Shown in pieces: positions 52,734 to 63,462 of a DNA stretch of 64,000 bases. Position 1 is the stretch's first letter; every line of letters begins with the position of its first letter. The stretch lies in assembly GCA_037441845.1 (NCBI GenBank), contig JBBIRK010000001.1, positions 401,284 through 465,283 on the forward strand, written 5' to 3'. A program made the translations under genes and the position numbers. This DNA comes from Candidatus Zixiibacteriota bacterium (GTDB taxonomy: Bacteria; Zixibacteria; MSB-5A5; UBA10806; 4484-95). Below the pieces are notes generated by a model, which saw only the letters and a program-made list of their open reading frames with translations, was not told the origin of the DNA and made no database searches.

Positions 52734-54305
52734 ATGATGAATATCGCTCTATTCATAATTTTCGTATGGACGATAATTATCGTGGGCGCTGCAGATTTGG
52801 AGGCAGACATGGTGAAACAAATCAGGCCGGCCGCGGTGGCCGGATCGTTTTATCCCGACCAACCGACCGCTCTGGCGAAAACAATCGCTGAAATGCTGGC
52901 GAAAACCCAGAGACCGGAGATAAACGGCCGGGTCATGGGGTTGATCTGCCCGCATGCAGGATATATCTATTCCGGACCGGTGGCATCCTATGCATACAAA
53001 ATCATACAAGGCCTCGAATTCAGATCGGTGATCGTAATCGCTCCTTGTCACGTCGAGGCTTTTCCTGGTTCCGCCGTTTATCCCGGCGATGCCTACAGCA
53101 CGCCCTTAGGCGATATCGATATCGACCGCGAACTATCGGAAAAAATCGCCGCCGCCGATAAACGCGGGTCGGTTCGGTTATCGGATATGGGACACCGTTT
53201 GGTGCGTAGGGGAGGCGAGCACTCCCTCGAGGTGCAATTACCGTTTCTAAAAACCATGCTCGGAGAATTCAAGTTGGTCGCCATCGTGATGGGGACACAA
53301 GACAAGGCAAGTTGCGAAGCCCTTGCCGAAGCGATTTTCAGCGCCGCCCGCAACCGATCCGATATATTGATAGTGGCCAGCAGCGATTTGTCGCATTTCC
53401 ATCCGGCCGGTGAGGCACTTCGGCTTGATTCGAGAATCGTCAATCTGATCGACAACTACGATTACCGGAATCTGCTGGAGGAGTTGGAGGCCGAGAAGGT
53501 CGAGGCTTGCGGAGGAGGACCGATAATTACCGCTATGCTGGCCTGCCGAAAATTAGGCGCCGATTCGGCCAAGGTGGTCAAATATGCGCATTCCGGAGAG
53601 ATAACCGGCGATAACTCCGGGGTAGTGGGATATCTTGCCGCGGTATTATTCAAAAAAAGCGGCGGCAAAACCTACGAAATCGAAGATGTAGATGAACGGG
53701 CGGCTAATGAAACAGCTCTTGGATCGACTCAATCCCATCCGGCTGCGGCCGTCGACTTCGGGTTGACGGCCGGTGATAAAAAGGCGCTGTTGAATCTGGC
53801 GCGCGAATCGATACGATACGCTCTTCAAGGCGAAAAATTCGTGCCGAACAGCGCGGACTTTGCGGGGGTCCTAAGCGAAAAACGCGGGGCGTTCGTAACC
53901 TTGAAGATCGACGGCCACCTACGCGGCTGTATCGGAAACATTATCGGCTACCGCCCGCTGTATGAAACGATCGCTGACATGGCGGTCCAGGCGGCTTTTC
54001 ACGACCCGCGTTTCAAACCGTTATCCGAGCAGGAATTCGCCAAAATCAAATTGGAGATTTCCGTTTTAACGCCGATGATAAACGTAACCGACCCGGCCGA
54101 AATAATGGTTGGCCGCGATGGCTTGTTCATAACCAAAGGGTATTCCAGCGGCCTGCTACTGCCGCAGGTGGCGGTCGAATACGGTTGGGACAGGGAGACG
54201 TTTTTGAATCAAACCTGTATTAAAGCAGGGCTGCCGCCTGGGACCTGGAAACAGCCGGGGACAATCATACAAAGATTTCAGGCGGATATCTTTGCTGAAG
54301 ATTAG
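52734..54305 (+). CDS. AmmeMemoRadiSam protein B (MEMO1) - protein A (AMMECR1) fusion
   Basis: RPAAVAGSFYP, PHAGY, EHSLEVQLPF, SSDLSH, EACG; then GAFVTL...LRGCIG, DPRF, EISVL, LLPQVA, KAG. Alternative start at 52809. Confidence 0.92.
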   Translation: MMNIALFIIFVWTIIIVGAADLEADMVKQIRPAAVAGSFYPDQPTALAKTIAEMLAKTQRPEINGRVMGLICPHAGYIYSGPVASYAYKIIQGLEFRSVIVIAPCHVEAFPGSAVYPGDAYSTPLGDIDIDRELSEKIAAADKRGSVRLSDMGHRLVRRGGEHSLEVQLPFLKTMLGEFKLVAIVMGTQDKASCEALAEAIFSAARNRSDILIVASSDLSHFHPAGEALRLDSRIVNLIDNYDYRNLLEELEAEKVEACGGGPIITAMLACRKLGADSAKVVKYAHSGEITGDNSGVVGYLAAVLFKKSGGKTYEIEDVDERAANETALGSTQSHPAAAVDFGLTAGDKKALLNLARESIRYALQGEKFVPNSADFAGVLSEKRGAFVTLKIDGHLRGCIGNIIGYRPLYETIADMAVQAAFHDPRFKPLSEQEFAKIKLEISVLTPMINVTDPAEIMVGRDGLFITKGYSSGLLLPQVAVEYGWDRETFLNQTCIKAGLPPGTWKQPGTIIQRFQADIFAED

Positions 54306-55596
54306 AAAATCAAGACCGGCCGTTTATTTTCGACGAAGCGGCAATCTTAGAAAATTATATTCAAAATCTTTACCGGCTGTTTTAGTCATCTGTATCGTCG
54401 GACTTGCCGTTACCCTATGTTTCAACGGCATTGCATCGTCGGGTATCCGCCCCGCTTTATCCACTGAACCCACCGAAATCTATAACGTGAAGGCGACCGC
54501 GATTTTCTCCGGCCAAATTCGAGATGGAGAAACGCTGATTTCGGAACTGCTTAAACTGAATGTGCCGAAATACACCGTTAACAAAATAATTTCCAGGTTC
54601 TCCCGCATTTTCGATTTGGAACAGTGTCGCGCCGGTGACCGCTATCACCTGTTTCTGTCCGGCGGCGATTCCATTCTGGCATTCGAGTATCTGACCGTTG
54701 ACTCGTCCCGCTACAGACTCGAAAAGCTGGGCGGCGATTTCGTCGACGAAATCTGGAATAACGGATATCAGGTTAAAACGGAACTGGCGACAGCTATAGT
54801 GAGCAACAACCTATGGGATACTTCGGTCAATCCGCTTCCCGATCCCGAGCTATTGGCCAGGTTCGCTCATGTTTACGCCAGCCAAGTGGACCTTCTGACG
54901 GAAACCGACACCGGAGATACTATCAAGGTGCTGTATGAGGCTCATTACGGTCCGGACGGATCCGTGAAATGCGGCAAGATCCTGGCTATGGAATACAATC
55001 ATAAGGGTTCCGCGCAGCGGGCGTTTTATTTCACGGACCCGGAAGGGCATAGCGATTATTACGATGAAAGCGGATATTCGCTGAAACGGGCCATGTTGAA
55101 ATCACCGCTTGATTACCGTTGTATAAGTTCCCGGTTTTCGAGCGCAAGACTTCACCCGATCTACAAAATCTATCGTCCCCACCTCGGGGTCGATTACGCC
55201 GCGGCCTACGGTACACCGGTGGTGGCAGCCGGCGATGGCAGGATAATTTATAAGGGCTATCACAACGGATTCGGGAATTATCTGGAAATCAAACATGATT
55301 TCGGCCTGACGACGACCTACGGCCATCTATCCAGGTTCGCCGATATCGAACCGGGCCAACAGGTGCAACAAGGAGAAGTCATCGGATATGTCGGAGCGAC
55401 CGGAGACGCCACCGGACCGCATCTCGATTATCGGGTGCGCAAAGACGGCAAGTATATAAACCCTCTGCGTATGACCGTGCCGGCGGCCGCGCCGGTAAAA
55501 TTGGCCTATATGGGCGAATTCAGAGAGTTGGTGGCTCAGCGGCTGGCAGTATTGAAAGCGTCCCCGGAATTTAAATTATACGCCGCCAAAATGTAG
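54292..55596 (+). CDS. M23 family peptidoglycan endopeptidase (MepM/Csd-like)
   Basis: HLGVDYAA, YGHLS, GATGDATGPHLDY; start uncertain. Confidence 0.9.
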   Translation: MLKIRKSRPAVYFRRSGNLRKLYSKSLPAVLVICIVGLAVTLCFNGIASSGIRPALSTEPTEIYNVKATAIFSGQIRDGETLISELLKLNVPKYTVNKIISRFSRIFDLEQCRAGDRYHLFLSGGDSILAFEYLTVDSSRYRLEKLGGDFVDEIWNNGYQVKTELATAIVSNNLWDTSVNPLPDPELLARFAHVYASQVDLLTETDTGDTIKVLYEAHYGPDGSVKCGKILAMEYNHKGSAQRAFYFTDPEGHSDYYDESGYSLKRAMLKSPLDYRCISSRFSSARLHPIYKIYRPHLGVDYAAAYGTPVVAAGDGRIIYKGYHNGFGNYLEIKHDFGLTTTYGHLSRFADIEPGQQVQQGEVIGYVGATGDATGPHLDYRVRKDGKYINPLRMTVPAAAPVKLAYMGEFRELVAQRLAVLKASPEFKLYAAKM

Positions 55597-55734
55597 AATT
55601 TTCCATAAAAAATTTTCGATTGTTTTTTAAGCCAAATCATCGATCAGCGGACTAATAAGGATTCCATACTCGCGAATTTCGTGAAAATAGTCTTTATTTC
55701 CGGCCGTGATTTCTGATTCGTTCACCTGGAATCG

Positions 55735-58700
55735 TCATGCCGATTTGCCGGCATCGGCTTTGGCGACAATTTTGCCGATCGCGGCCAGTATCGATTCTCG
55801 AGAGAACGGCTTGATAATAACACCATCCGCCTTGTCGGCATAATCATCGTATTGATATTTTATCGGACCGAAACTGGTGAGGAAAATCGGACATGACGGC
55901 ATGGCCGACTTTATCTTTTCATAAGTTCGGACGAAATCGACCATGGCCGGGTGACTGGCATCGAGGAGCGCGAGATCGAATCGTTTTTCATTTAAATCGG
56001 TCGGCATTTCCTCGCTCCAAAAAATAACCTGACAATGGGCACCGAAATCGCCGAATATTTTTGCCAGAAGCTCGGCCTGTTCTTTATCGAACTCGTGCGC
56101 CAGGATGTTTTTCCCCTGCAAAAACGAAATTTCGCCGGTTATCTCGGGCGTCGTCTCTATCGTGGGCAATGCGATGGTGAATTGACTGCCGATATTTACC
56201 TTGCTGGCCACTTCGATTTCGCCGCCATGACTCTTGACGATATTGTAACAGATCGAAAGACCCAATCCCGTACCCTTCACTTGACTATCGCCCCAAGCTC
56301 CCTTGGTGGTGAAGAACGGGTCGAATATTTTCGGTAAATGTTCAGGCTTTATGCCGCAGCCGTTGTCGGCTATTTCGACGTATACTTTGCCATGGGAGCT
56401 CCAGGCGCTGACCGAAATGAAGCCGCCGCTTTCCACCGCATGGATGGCGTTGATTAGAATATTCAAAAACACCTGTTGCAACTGCCCCGGAATACCTTTG
56501 ACCGGAGGCAGCTTCGCATAGTTCTTATAGAGGTGGATAGCTTTGCCCCTTATTTCCTTGCCCGTGAGCTTGATAATGTCGTCGAGGATGCCGGCGATAT
56601 CGACTCCGCTGGCTTGTTCGTTTTTGCGGCGCGAGTAGGAGAGCAACGACTGGACCAGCTCGGCCGCCTGTTCGGTGATTTTGAGCGCTTCCTTTATGCT
56701 GCTTCTCAACAGATTGCCGTCCTCCGAGTAGTTCAGCCCGAAGGAAAGGTTTCCCATGATTCCACCCAGCAGATTGTTGAATTCATGGGCCACACCGGCG
56801 GCCAGGATACCTATCGCCGCCATTTTTTCCGATTGAATGATCTGATTTTCGAGAAGCAGTTTTTCGGTTATATCCATCGCCAGACCGTCGATGCGGACAA
56901 CCTGCCCGGTCGAATCGACATCCGAAGACAACACCACCGAGGCGGTCTTGATCGAACCGTCTTTATGTAAAATTCTGATTTCGATCGGTACGGTCGATTT
57001 GCCTTTGAGCAATTGGGCGTAAACCTCTTGGCAGCGGGAAAAATCGTCGGGATGAATGACTGACCGCCAAATCTTGGAATCCGCCCAAAATTCGTCCGGA
57101 CTGTAGCCGGTCAGGCTTTCGATCGCGGGCGACACCACGTTCAGTTCGCCGCGAACCGTGTCATGACTCCAAATCGTCACTGGTGAGGTTTCGACCACCT
57201 GACGATATTTCTCCTCTGATTCTTTCAGGGCTTCCTCGATAAGGCGGCGTTGGTTCTCAAGAATGTCGCGCTGCAGCCGGATTTTCAGTATGGGCGCTAT
57301 ATGGTCCGCGATCGTATCGATAAACCGGCGATCGTTATCGTTGTAATCGCTTTCCTTATCCATAACGGCTATCATCCCCAGCAGCTCGTCGCCCTGCATA
57401 ATCGGCGCGACCAGCGCCCGGGTTGCTTTGAAAATCTCAAAGACAGTGTTGTCCCGCCGGTTAAGTATCAGCGATTTTTTATCTCGCAATATGCTTTTCC
57501 AAATTTCCGCCAGCCCGGGATCGCCTGATATCGGACTCTCGCTGCGAATATCGTATTTTGCGAGAATATCCGCTTTCAAGGTGGGAAAAACAAGTTTGCC
57601 TGCGGGATCGAGGTAGGCGATCATTCCGTGTTTACTTTGCAAGCATTCCAATATCACCCGAGTCAATTCGTCGTAGAGAATGTCGTCACCGGTGGTAAGA
57701 AAAACCTGATCTATCTGATTCCTGATAGACAGTTCGTTTTTCGATCTACGTAAAGCTTCCTCCGCTATTTTCCTTTCGGTGATATCGAGAGCCGTGAAGG
57801 TGACGCCGCGTGAATGATCGTTGGGATCTATTGGGGTTGAGCTCAAGATGACATGAATTATATCGCCGTTTTTCTTTTTGAATCTGGTCTCGACCGTGCC
57901 GGTCCCATATTCGGCGATCTGCCGATACTTTTCGCGGCCCACGAATTCGTATTCCTCGTCGTCGGGATAGATCATTCTCGATGATTGCCCGATTAGTTCT
58001 TGACGTGAATAACCGGTCATTTCGCAGAATTTTTCGTTGATCTCCCAAAACACCCGGTTCCGGACAACCCCGATTCCCGCCGGGGCAACTCGGAAAATAC
58101 TCCGCATCTTCTCTTCGCTTTCCCGTAATGCTTCTTCGGCGCGCTTTTGTTCGGTGATATCACGGAACAAACCGAAAGTGCCTATTATTTTTCCGGATCT
58201 GTCATAGGACGGCGCCCCAGAAACCATCAATTCTCTGATTCGTCCGTCCGGACGGGTTATGCGGATCGTATAACTCGATTTTACTCCCGTGTGTCGTTTG
58301 GAGGTTTGCCGCCGGATATATTCGAATTGTTCCCGATCCACGAATTCGCCCAACGATCTGCCTATTAGGGTTTCTCTATCCATTCCGAACATTTGCGCGG
58401 CCGCCGGATTGACGAAAACGAATCGTTCGTCGAGGTCGAATCGGCATACGCCCTCGCTCTGTGTTTCGATCAGCTCGCGATATTTCTCTTCGCTTTCTCT
58501 CAGCGCCTGTTCCGCCAGCATGCGAGCCGTGACATCTCTTGAACTGGTTTGAAACTCGCTTGTCTTTCCTTTGCTATCCCGCCTGGGGTGGCAGATGGTT
58601 TCAAACCAGATATATTCCCCGTTCTTTTTCCTGATTCTATAAAGATATTTCGCCCGCTGACCACGTTCGAGAACCGTCCTGAGGCAATCGTCGCGTATGG

Positions 58701-61700
58701 CCGCGCGGTCTTCGGCATGAATCAGATCATACCAGGAGATTCCCACATGTTCCGCCGGCTCATAACCCAGGATATCTCTCACCGAGGGCGAAATATATCG
58801 GAATCCGCCATCGATATCATGAACGCAAACGAGGTCGGTCATCGAATCGGCGAGAAGCCGGTATTTTTCTTCACTTGCCTTGATCGCCATTTCGGCTCTT
58901 TTGCGCTCGGTGATATCGAATGCGTATTCGATAAGGTGGGTGACTTGGTTGTCTTCGCCGATAATCGGATAGCCGTGAATCTCAAAATATCTTTGCTGGC
59001 CGTCCGATCCGATAAAGGCTCGTTCGTGAACAACCGGGCGTCTGTTTTTCACCGCCAGATTGATGGTACATGCTTCATTGTAATGATCGCAGCTTTTCGG
59101 TCTTCCCCACATCATGAAGTGGCATGTAGTATTGAAGTCGGTGGAGTTTTTCCGGGCGGCGGAATTGGCTAGCACGACGCTGCGGTCTTTCACGTCAATA
59201 ACGTAGAAAGGATGTGATAATGACTCGATAGTGCTCTGCAGAAGCTTATGTTGGGCTTTTATTTGTTCGCTCGCCTTCTTGGCCGCGGTCGTATCTCTCA
59301 TCGTGGCCAGGATGACGTTTTGGTTGTTGAGAACGAGCGAGCGCAGGGAAATTTCGGTGAAAATCAATACTCCGTCTTTTCGCCGGTGCAGCCACTCGAA
59401 AACCTGCGGTGTCCCCGATCGGGCGGCGTTTATATAGGCGGCGGCGGCCTCAACCGAGGTCCGGCCGTCCGGCTGAAACTCAGGCGAAAATTCGACCGGG
59501 GAATGCCCGATTATGTCCTCTCGATCGCAAGCCCAGATCCGGCACGCTTCCTCGTTGCAATCGAGAAAAATATCGGTCATTATGAATATTCCGGACATGT
59601 TGCCCTCGAACAACAGCCGGTATTTGTTTTCGCTTTCACGCAGAGCCTGCTCGGCCTTGCGCAGCTCGGTGACGTCCACTATGACTTCATGGGAGGTTAC
59701 GATCACGCCGAATTCGTTGCGTTCGGCGACGGCCGAAAACAGACCGTCGATTATTTCCCCGTTTTTCTTGACGAATCGAAGCGGGACTTGGCTGCAAATA
59801 CCAGTCCGAAGGAAATCGGGGAAAACCGTCTCGACAGCGTAATGGACGCTTTCGACCGCCATGAATTCCAAAGCTTTTCTCCCGATCACCTCATCGCGCG
59901 AGTACCCCATGGTGCGCAGCCAATAATCGTTCACATTTATTATCGTGCCGGCCCTGTCGACCGATTGCATCATCACCGGGCTTTTTCCATAGAGAGATCG
60001 GAATCTCTCTTCGCTATTGCGCAGAGCCGTTTCCGTCTCTTTGATCGCGGTGGCGTCGGTCGCTACCCCCACCAGACCGGCCAGTTTTCCGTCGACATCT
60101 ATATACGGCGCTTTGTTGAAAATTATATCGCGCATCAGACCATCGGCGCGCCGCAATTTGATTTCATAGGAAACTGGCTTTCGAGATTCCAATAATTCCT
60201 GTTCGTGTTGAGTAATTTCCCTTGCCTGGTCCTCGGAAAGCAGATCTTCGACTTTTTTGCCGATAACATCCTCGACCCTTGCGCCCAGAAAATTGAGCGT
60301 TGCCTTGTTGCACAATCGATAAACGCCTGATATATCCTTGAAATATACCGGAACCGGCATGGTATCGATAATGCTTTGGACGAAATTCAATTTTTCTTTC
60401 GTCTGCTGTTCCGACCGTTTCCGTTCGGTCGCCTGTTTGAAGTAGACCGAAACACCATCGGCAGCCGGATAGATTTGGACATCGAACCATTGCTCGTCGG
60501 GGACGGCATCGAGGCGAAGTTCGAAACCCACGGCGATCCTACGGTCAACGGCCAGTTCGTAGTTGTCTTCGAATTCGGTTCCCTTGAATTGGGGAAAAGC
60601 CGAATACAACCCTGCTCCGAGAACCTTCTGGTCTTCGTTTCCGAAAATCTTTTCGGCAGCCTTATTCAAATAGGTGATTTTAGACTCAGCGTTGACCGCC
60701 ATGAAAGCATCGCTGATGCTCTCGAGCGTTTGTCGCATTTCGTCGAGGGTTTCTTGGCGGGATTTTTCGGATTCCTCCAGCGCATCCAACATTCCGTTTA
60801 TGGAATCCCCCAGGATGGCGAATTCCTTGATATCGCTCGGGATCAATCGGTCGGATGTGTTTTTCGAGTGCCTAATCTCGTTCACCCCATCTATAAGTCG
60901 ATTAAGATGTACAAGAACGAATTTATCCGTGGCTATGACCGCGATGATGAAAAAGAATACTCCGACAGCCAGCATAAGAATGTGAATTTTACCCACGATC
61001 GATTTGCTGTAATTATAAATATTTCTGGGCTGCAGCGTGCGCATCATCAGCACCGGCTTGCCGTTGATATCGTTTATCCGTGAGTAAGAGGCGACCGCAT
61101 ATTCATTCAACGGCTGAGTGGTGATGAATTGACCGCGTTGCATTGATTTCACGGCGGCATCCACATCATCGGGCAGTTTATCGTTGTGCAGCGCAAAGAT
61201 ATCCACGACCAAACCGGTCAAATCGCTAAAGTGATTAATGAAACTGCGGTCCATCATCTTGCCGAAAATCAATGCGCCCCTTACCGGGCCCTCGCGTTCG
61301 CTGGTCAGAATCGGCCGCGAGGCGATCAGCATCGGGCCTTCGGATGTAATCACAATCCCGTTGACTTGGTCTTCGGGAAGATCGTGATGGATAAGGCTTC
61401 GATTGGCCAGTATCAGCTTAAAAACATTTCCGGGAAATTCCTGTTTCTTGAGCGAATCGAGATCGAAATATATCGCTTTTACCACTTCTTCGTCTTTATT
61501 TATGAACACCATCAGATTTATGCGCAGCATATCGAATGCGGAAAGCACAAGATTGGATTCTTCATAGTCGGAATTTCTGTTTTCGATATATTCATAGGTG
61601 TCATTCCAACTGGCCCAGTCGGATAAGAGAATGTCGAGATTGGTCAATTCGCGCTCGAGCGCCTTCAGGGCTCGCTGCATGTCTACCCGGGCTTTATCCG

Positions 61701-61824
61701 TTTCGAGATCCTCGAACCCGGTATCAATGAAACGCAGACTCAGGAAAGCGACTGCCGCTGTGCCCACCAATAGACACAAAATAACAGTGATCCTGATCCT
61801 GTTTTTCAAGCTCATTCCGAGCAC
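55735..61824 (-). CDS. Giant hybrid sensor kinase: CHASE4-HAMP-PAS x8-GAF-PAS-HisKA-HATPase-REC
   Basis: DWASWNDTY (CHASE4), repeated ...D(I/V)TE.K.AE.AL..SEE PAS linkers, VAHEFNN, DNGCGI, FDPFFTTK, GTGLGL, degenerate terminal receiver. Confidence 0.9.
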   Translation of the reverse strand: MLGMSLKNRIRITVILCLLVGTAAVAFLSLRFIDTGFEDLETDKARVDMQRALKALERELTNLDILLSDWASWNDTYEYIENRNSDYEESNLVLSAFDMLRINLMVFINKDEEVVKAIYFDLDSLKKQEFPGNVFKLILANRSLIHHDLPEDQVNGIVITSEGPMLIASRPILTSEREGPVRGALIFGKMMDRSFINHFSDLTGLVVDIFALHNDKLPDDVDAAVKSMQRGQFITTQPLNEYAVASYSRINDINGKPVLMMRTLQPRNIYNYSKSIVGKIHILMLAVGVFFFIIAVIATDKFVLVHLNRLIDGVNEIRHSKNTSDRLIPSDIKEFAILGDSINGMLDALEESEKSRQETLDEMRQTLESISDAFMAVNAESKITYLNKAAEKIFGNEDQKVLGAGLYSAFPQFKGTEFEDNYELAVDRRIAVGFELRLDAVPDEQWFDVQIYPAADGVSVYFKQATERKRSEQQTKEKLNFVQSIIDTMPVPVYFKDISGVYRLCNKATLNFLGARVEDVIGKKVEDLLSEDQAREITQHEQELLESRKPVSYEIKLRRADGLMRDIIFNKAPYIDVDGKLAGLVGVATDATAIKETETALRNSEERFRSLYGKSPVMMQSVDRAGTIINVNDYWLRTMGYSRDEVIGRKALEFMAVESVHYAVETVFPDFLRTGICSQVPLRFVKKNGEIIDGLFSAVAERNEFGVIVTSHEVIVDVTELRKAEQALRESENKYRLLFEGNMSGIFIMTDIFLDCNEEACRIWACDREDIIGHSPVEFSPEFQPDGRTSVEAAAAYINAARSGTPQVFEWLHRRKDGVLIFTEISLRSLVLNNQNVILATMRDTTAAKKASEQIKAQHKLLQSTIESLSHPFYVIDVKDRSVVLANSAARKNSTDFNTTCHFMMWGRPKSCDHYNEACTINLAVKNRRPVVHERAFIGSDGQQRYFEIHGYPIIGEDNQVTHLIEYAFDITERKRAEMAIKASEEKYRLLADSMTDLVCVHDIDGGFRYISPSVRDILGYEPAEHVGISWYDLIHAEDRAAIRDDCLRTVLERGQRAKYLYRIRKKNGEYIWFETICHPRRDSKGKTSEFQTSSRDVTARMLAEQALRESEEKYRELIETQSEGVCRFDLDERFVFVNPAAAQMFGMDRETLIGRSLGEFVDREQFEYIRRQTSKRHTGVKSSYTIRITRPDGRIRELMVSGAPSYDRSGKIIGTFGLFRDITEQKRAEEALRESEEKMRSIFRVAPAGIGVVRNRVFWEINEKFCEMTGYSRQELIGQSSRMIYPDDEEYEFVGREKYRQIAEYGTGTVETRFKKKNGDIIHVILSSTPIDPNDHSRGVTFTALDITERKIAEEALRRSKNELSIRNQIDQVFLTTGDDILYDELTRVILECLQSKHGMIAYLDPAGKLVFPTLKADILAKYDIRSESPISGDPGLAEIWKSILRDKKSLILNRRDNTVFEIFKATRALVAPIMQGDELLGMIAVMDKESDYNDNDRRFIDTIADHIAPILKIRLQRDILENQRRLIEEALKESEEKYRQVVETSPVTIWSHDTVRGELNVVSPAIESLTGYSPDEFWADSKIWRSVIHPDDFSRCQEVYAQLLKGKSTVPIEIRILHKDGSIKTASVVLSSDVDSTGQVVRIDGLAMDITEKLLLENQIIQSEKMAAIGILAAGVAHEFNNLLGGIMGNLSFGLNYSEDGNLLRSSIKEALKITEQAAELVQSLLSYSRRKNEQASGVDIAGILDDIIKLTGKEIRGKAIHLYKNYAKLPPVKGIPGQLQQVFLNILINAIHAVESGGFISVSAWSSHGKVYVEIADNGCGIKPEHLPKIFDPFFTTKGAWGDSQVKGTGLGLSICYNIVKSHGGEIEVASKVNIGSQFTIALPTIETTPEITGEISFLQGKNILAHEFDKEQAELLAKIFGDFGAHCQVIFWSEEMPTDLNEKRFDLALLDASHPAMVDFVRTYEKIKSAMPSCPIFLTSFGPIKYQYDDYADKADGVIIKPFSRESILAAIGKIVAKADAGKSA

Positions 61825-62058
61825 CTGCCTGATAAATCACGCAATCGTATCCCTAAGTAAATCAGACATAACCGTTCACCGGAACTATATCAAACCATAT
61901 TCGAATTATCGAATTTGTCTATTCCGCTCTTTAATACAGAAGGGGGTGACCGTTAAGCGGTGTTTCATTCGGTCATGATCGAACAGGGGCGCGGCCCGAT
62001 TATTGCACGCTCGAAGAGAAATACGGCAGCTTCGTCATTATTAATTAAAGGCGACGAA

Positions 62059-63300
62059 TTAGAAGTCCCTATCGGCATTCGCGATGGGCTGATTCAATGC
62101 TCCGCCGAATGTGCCTATCAAAAAACAGTTGAACAGTCGCCGGGCGATGCGCCACTGCGCAAGCGAAATATCGATTTGCGAAGGGGCGTTTGTCCTCCAG
62201 CTCGTTTGACAAGAGTCAGCCCGCCCCACCGCCCAACGTTCAAGCGGCAAGGTATATGTATAAACGCCTCTTCCCTCATTATCCAACAGATAGCGGCTAT
62301 CAAGGTAGCTGCGGAGGGTATCGCAATTATAAAGCAACGGTAACCGCTGGTTTATCACTTGAATCATCGGAGCCGTCGTATCCGAATTCAGATAGATTGG
62401 AACATTGGCGGACCCGACCCACAGCGGAAAGGCCACACTCAACACGGGCGTGCCGAGTATCGCCAGCAACATCGAAAAACGCGGATCTTCGTCAATATCG
62501 ACACCCCTGATCACCGCCGCGGAATTGGTGCGCACATTATTTATCGTCGATCCGGCCCAGATATAACCCGGAGCGCCATCGGGCTGCGTGCCGTTGAATG
62601 GCAAAGGGTAAGGATCGGCGAACTCATTGACGAGGTCGCGGGGCAGATTGGCAAGAACAAACGCGGCCGATATCCCCTCTTTGCTTCGGCCTCGCAAAAT
62701 CCCCTCGGCTCGTTTAACCCGCATTTCACCGGAATAACGCGCCCCTCCCGACATTGAATAATTAGCCCGGATCAGAATTCCGTCCGAGTCCTGATCGGCA
62801 TAATAGGCGACCCAGTGACGGTTGCCGCACTCATATATCGCTACGCGGCCGCTGCTGTCGAATACTCCGAAATTCCAGCAATCGATTCTGCCCAAGGCGT
62901 TGGTGGAATCAAGCAGCCATTCGAATTCCTGCAACTTGGTACAATTTTCGAGCGCCAGACGCATCAAGGTGCCGTCGTCGATACCGGCTGTAAGCGAGTC
63001 GTCGAGATTGTAGCTGTCGGAATTCATTATTCCGAATCCCGAGTCATTCACCCCCATATAGATGCGCGTGGTATCGGCGGAATAAAAGTTCCCCAGATAA
63101 CCCCGGGTCTGCCGGCCGTCGCGCCAAACCGGAGCGAAATAATCGAATTTCTGCTCGGGATTGCCTACATCGCGGTTTTTCCAGAGAAGCGGCCTGCCAT
63201 CGGCGGTGGCCCGGCCGCTGATAGCGGCTATAGTGCAAGGCTTAAGCCGGGCCGACGAAATTACCGACAACACCAGGGCGGTATAGATAAAGCAGCGCAT
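62059..63300 (-). CDS. Secreted Ntn-hydrolase (C45/C69-like peptidase)
   Basis: Signal peptide followed by nucleophile CTIAAISG...DGRPLLWKNRD; GVNDSGF; NFGVFD. Confidence 0.75.
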   Translation of the reverse strand: MRCFIYTALVLSVISSARLKPCTIAAISGRATADGRPLLWKNRDVGNPEQKFDYFAPVWRDGRQTRGYLGNFYSADTTRIYMGVNDSGFGIMNSDSYNLDDSLTAGIDDGTLMRLALENCTKLQEFEWLLDSTNALGRIDCWNFGVFDSSGRVAIYECGNRHWVAYYADQDSDGILIRANYSMSGGARYSGEMRVKRAEGILRGRSKEGISAAFVLANLPRDLVNEFADPYPLPFNGTQPDGAPGYIWAGSTINNVRTNSAAVIRGVDIDEDPRFSMLLAILGTPVLSVAFPLWVGSANVPIYLNSDTTAPMIQVINQRLPLLYNCDTLRSYLDSRYLLDNEGRGVYTYTLPLERWAVGRADSCQTSWRTNAPSQIDISLAQWRIARRLFNCFLIGTFGGALNQPIANADRDF

Positions 63301-63462
63301 ATCCGCAGTCTTAGATAATCGTTCACCTAAAGTAAACCGGAATCGAATGCCGGGTCAAGCGATAACGGCACGGTTTCTGAAAATTCGCCTGCCTATAACG
63401 GCACCGGACACTCCCCAAAAAAGTTAAGTTCAATTGAATTCATCTCGAACCAAAGGAGCGGA

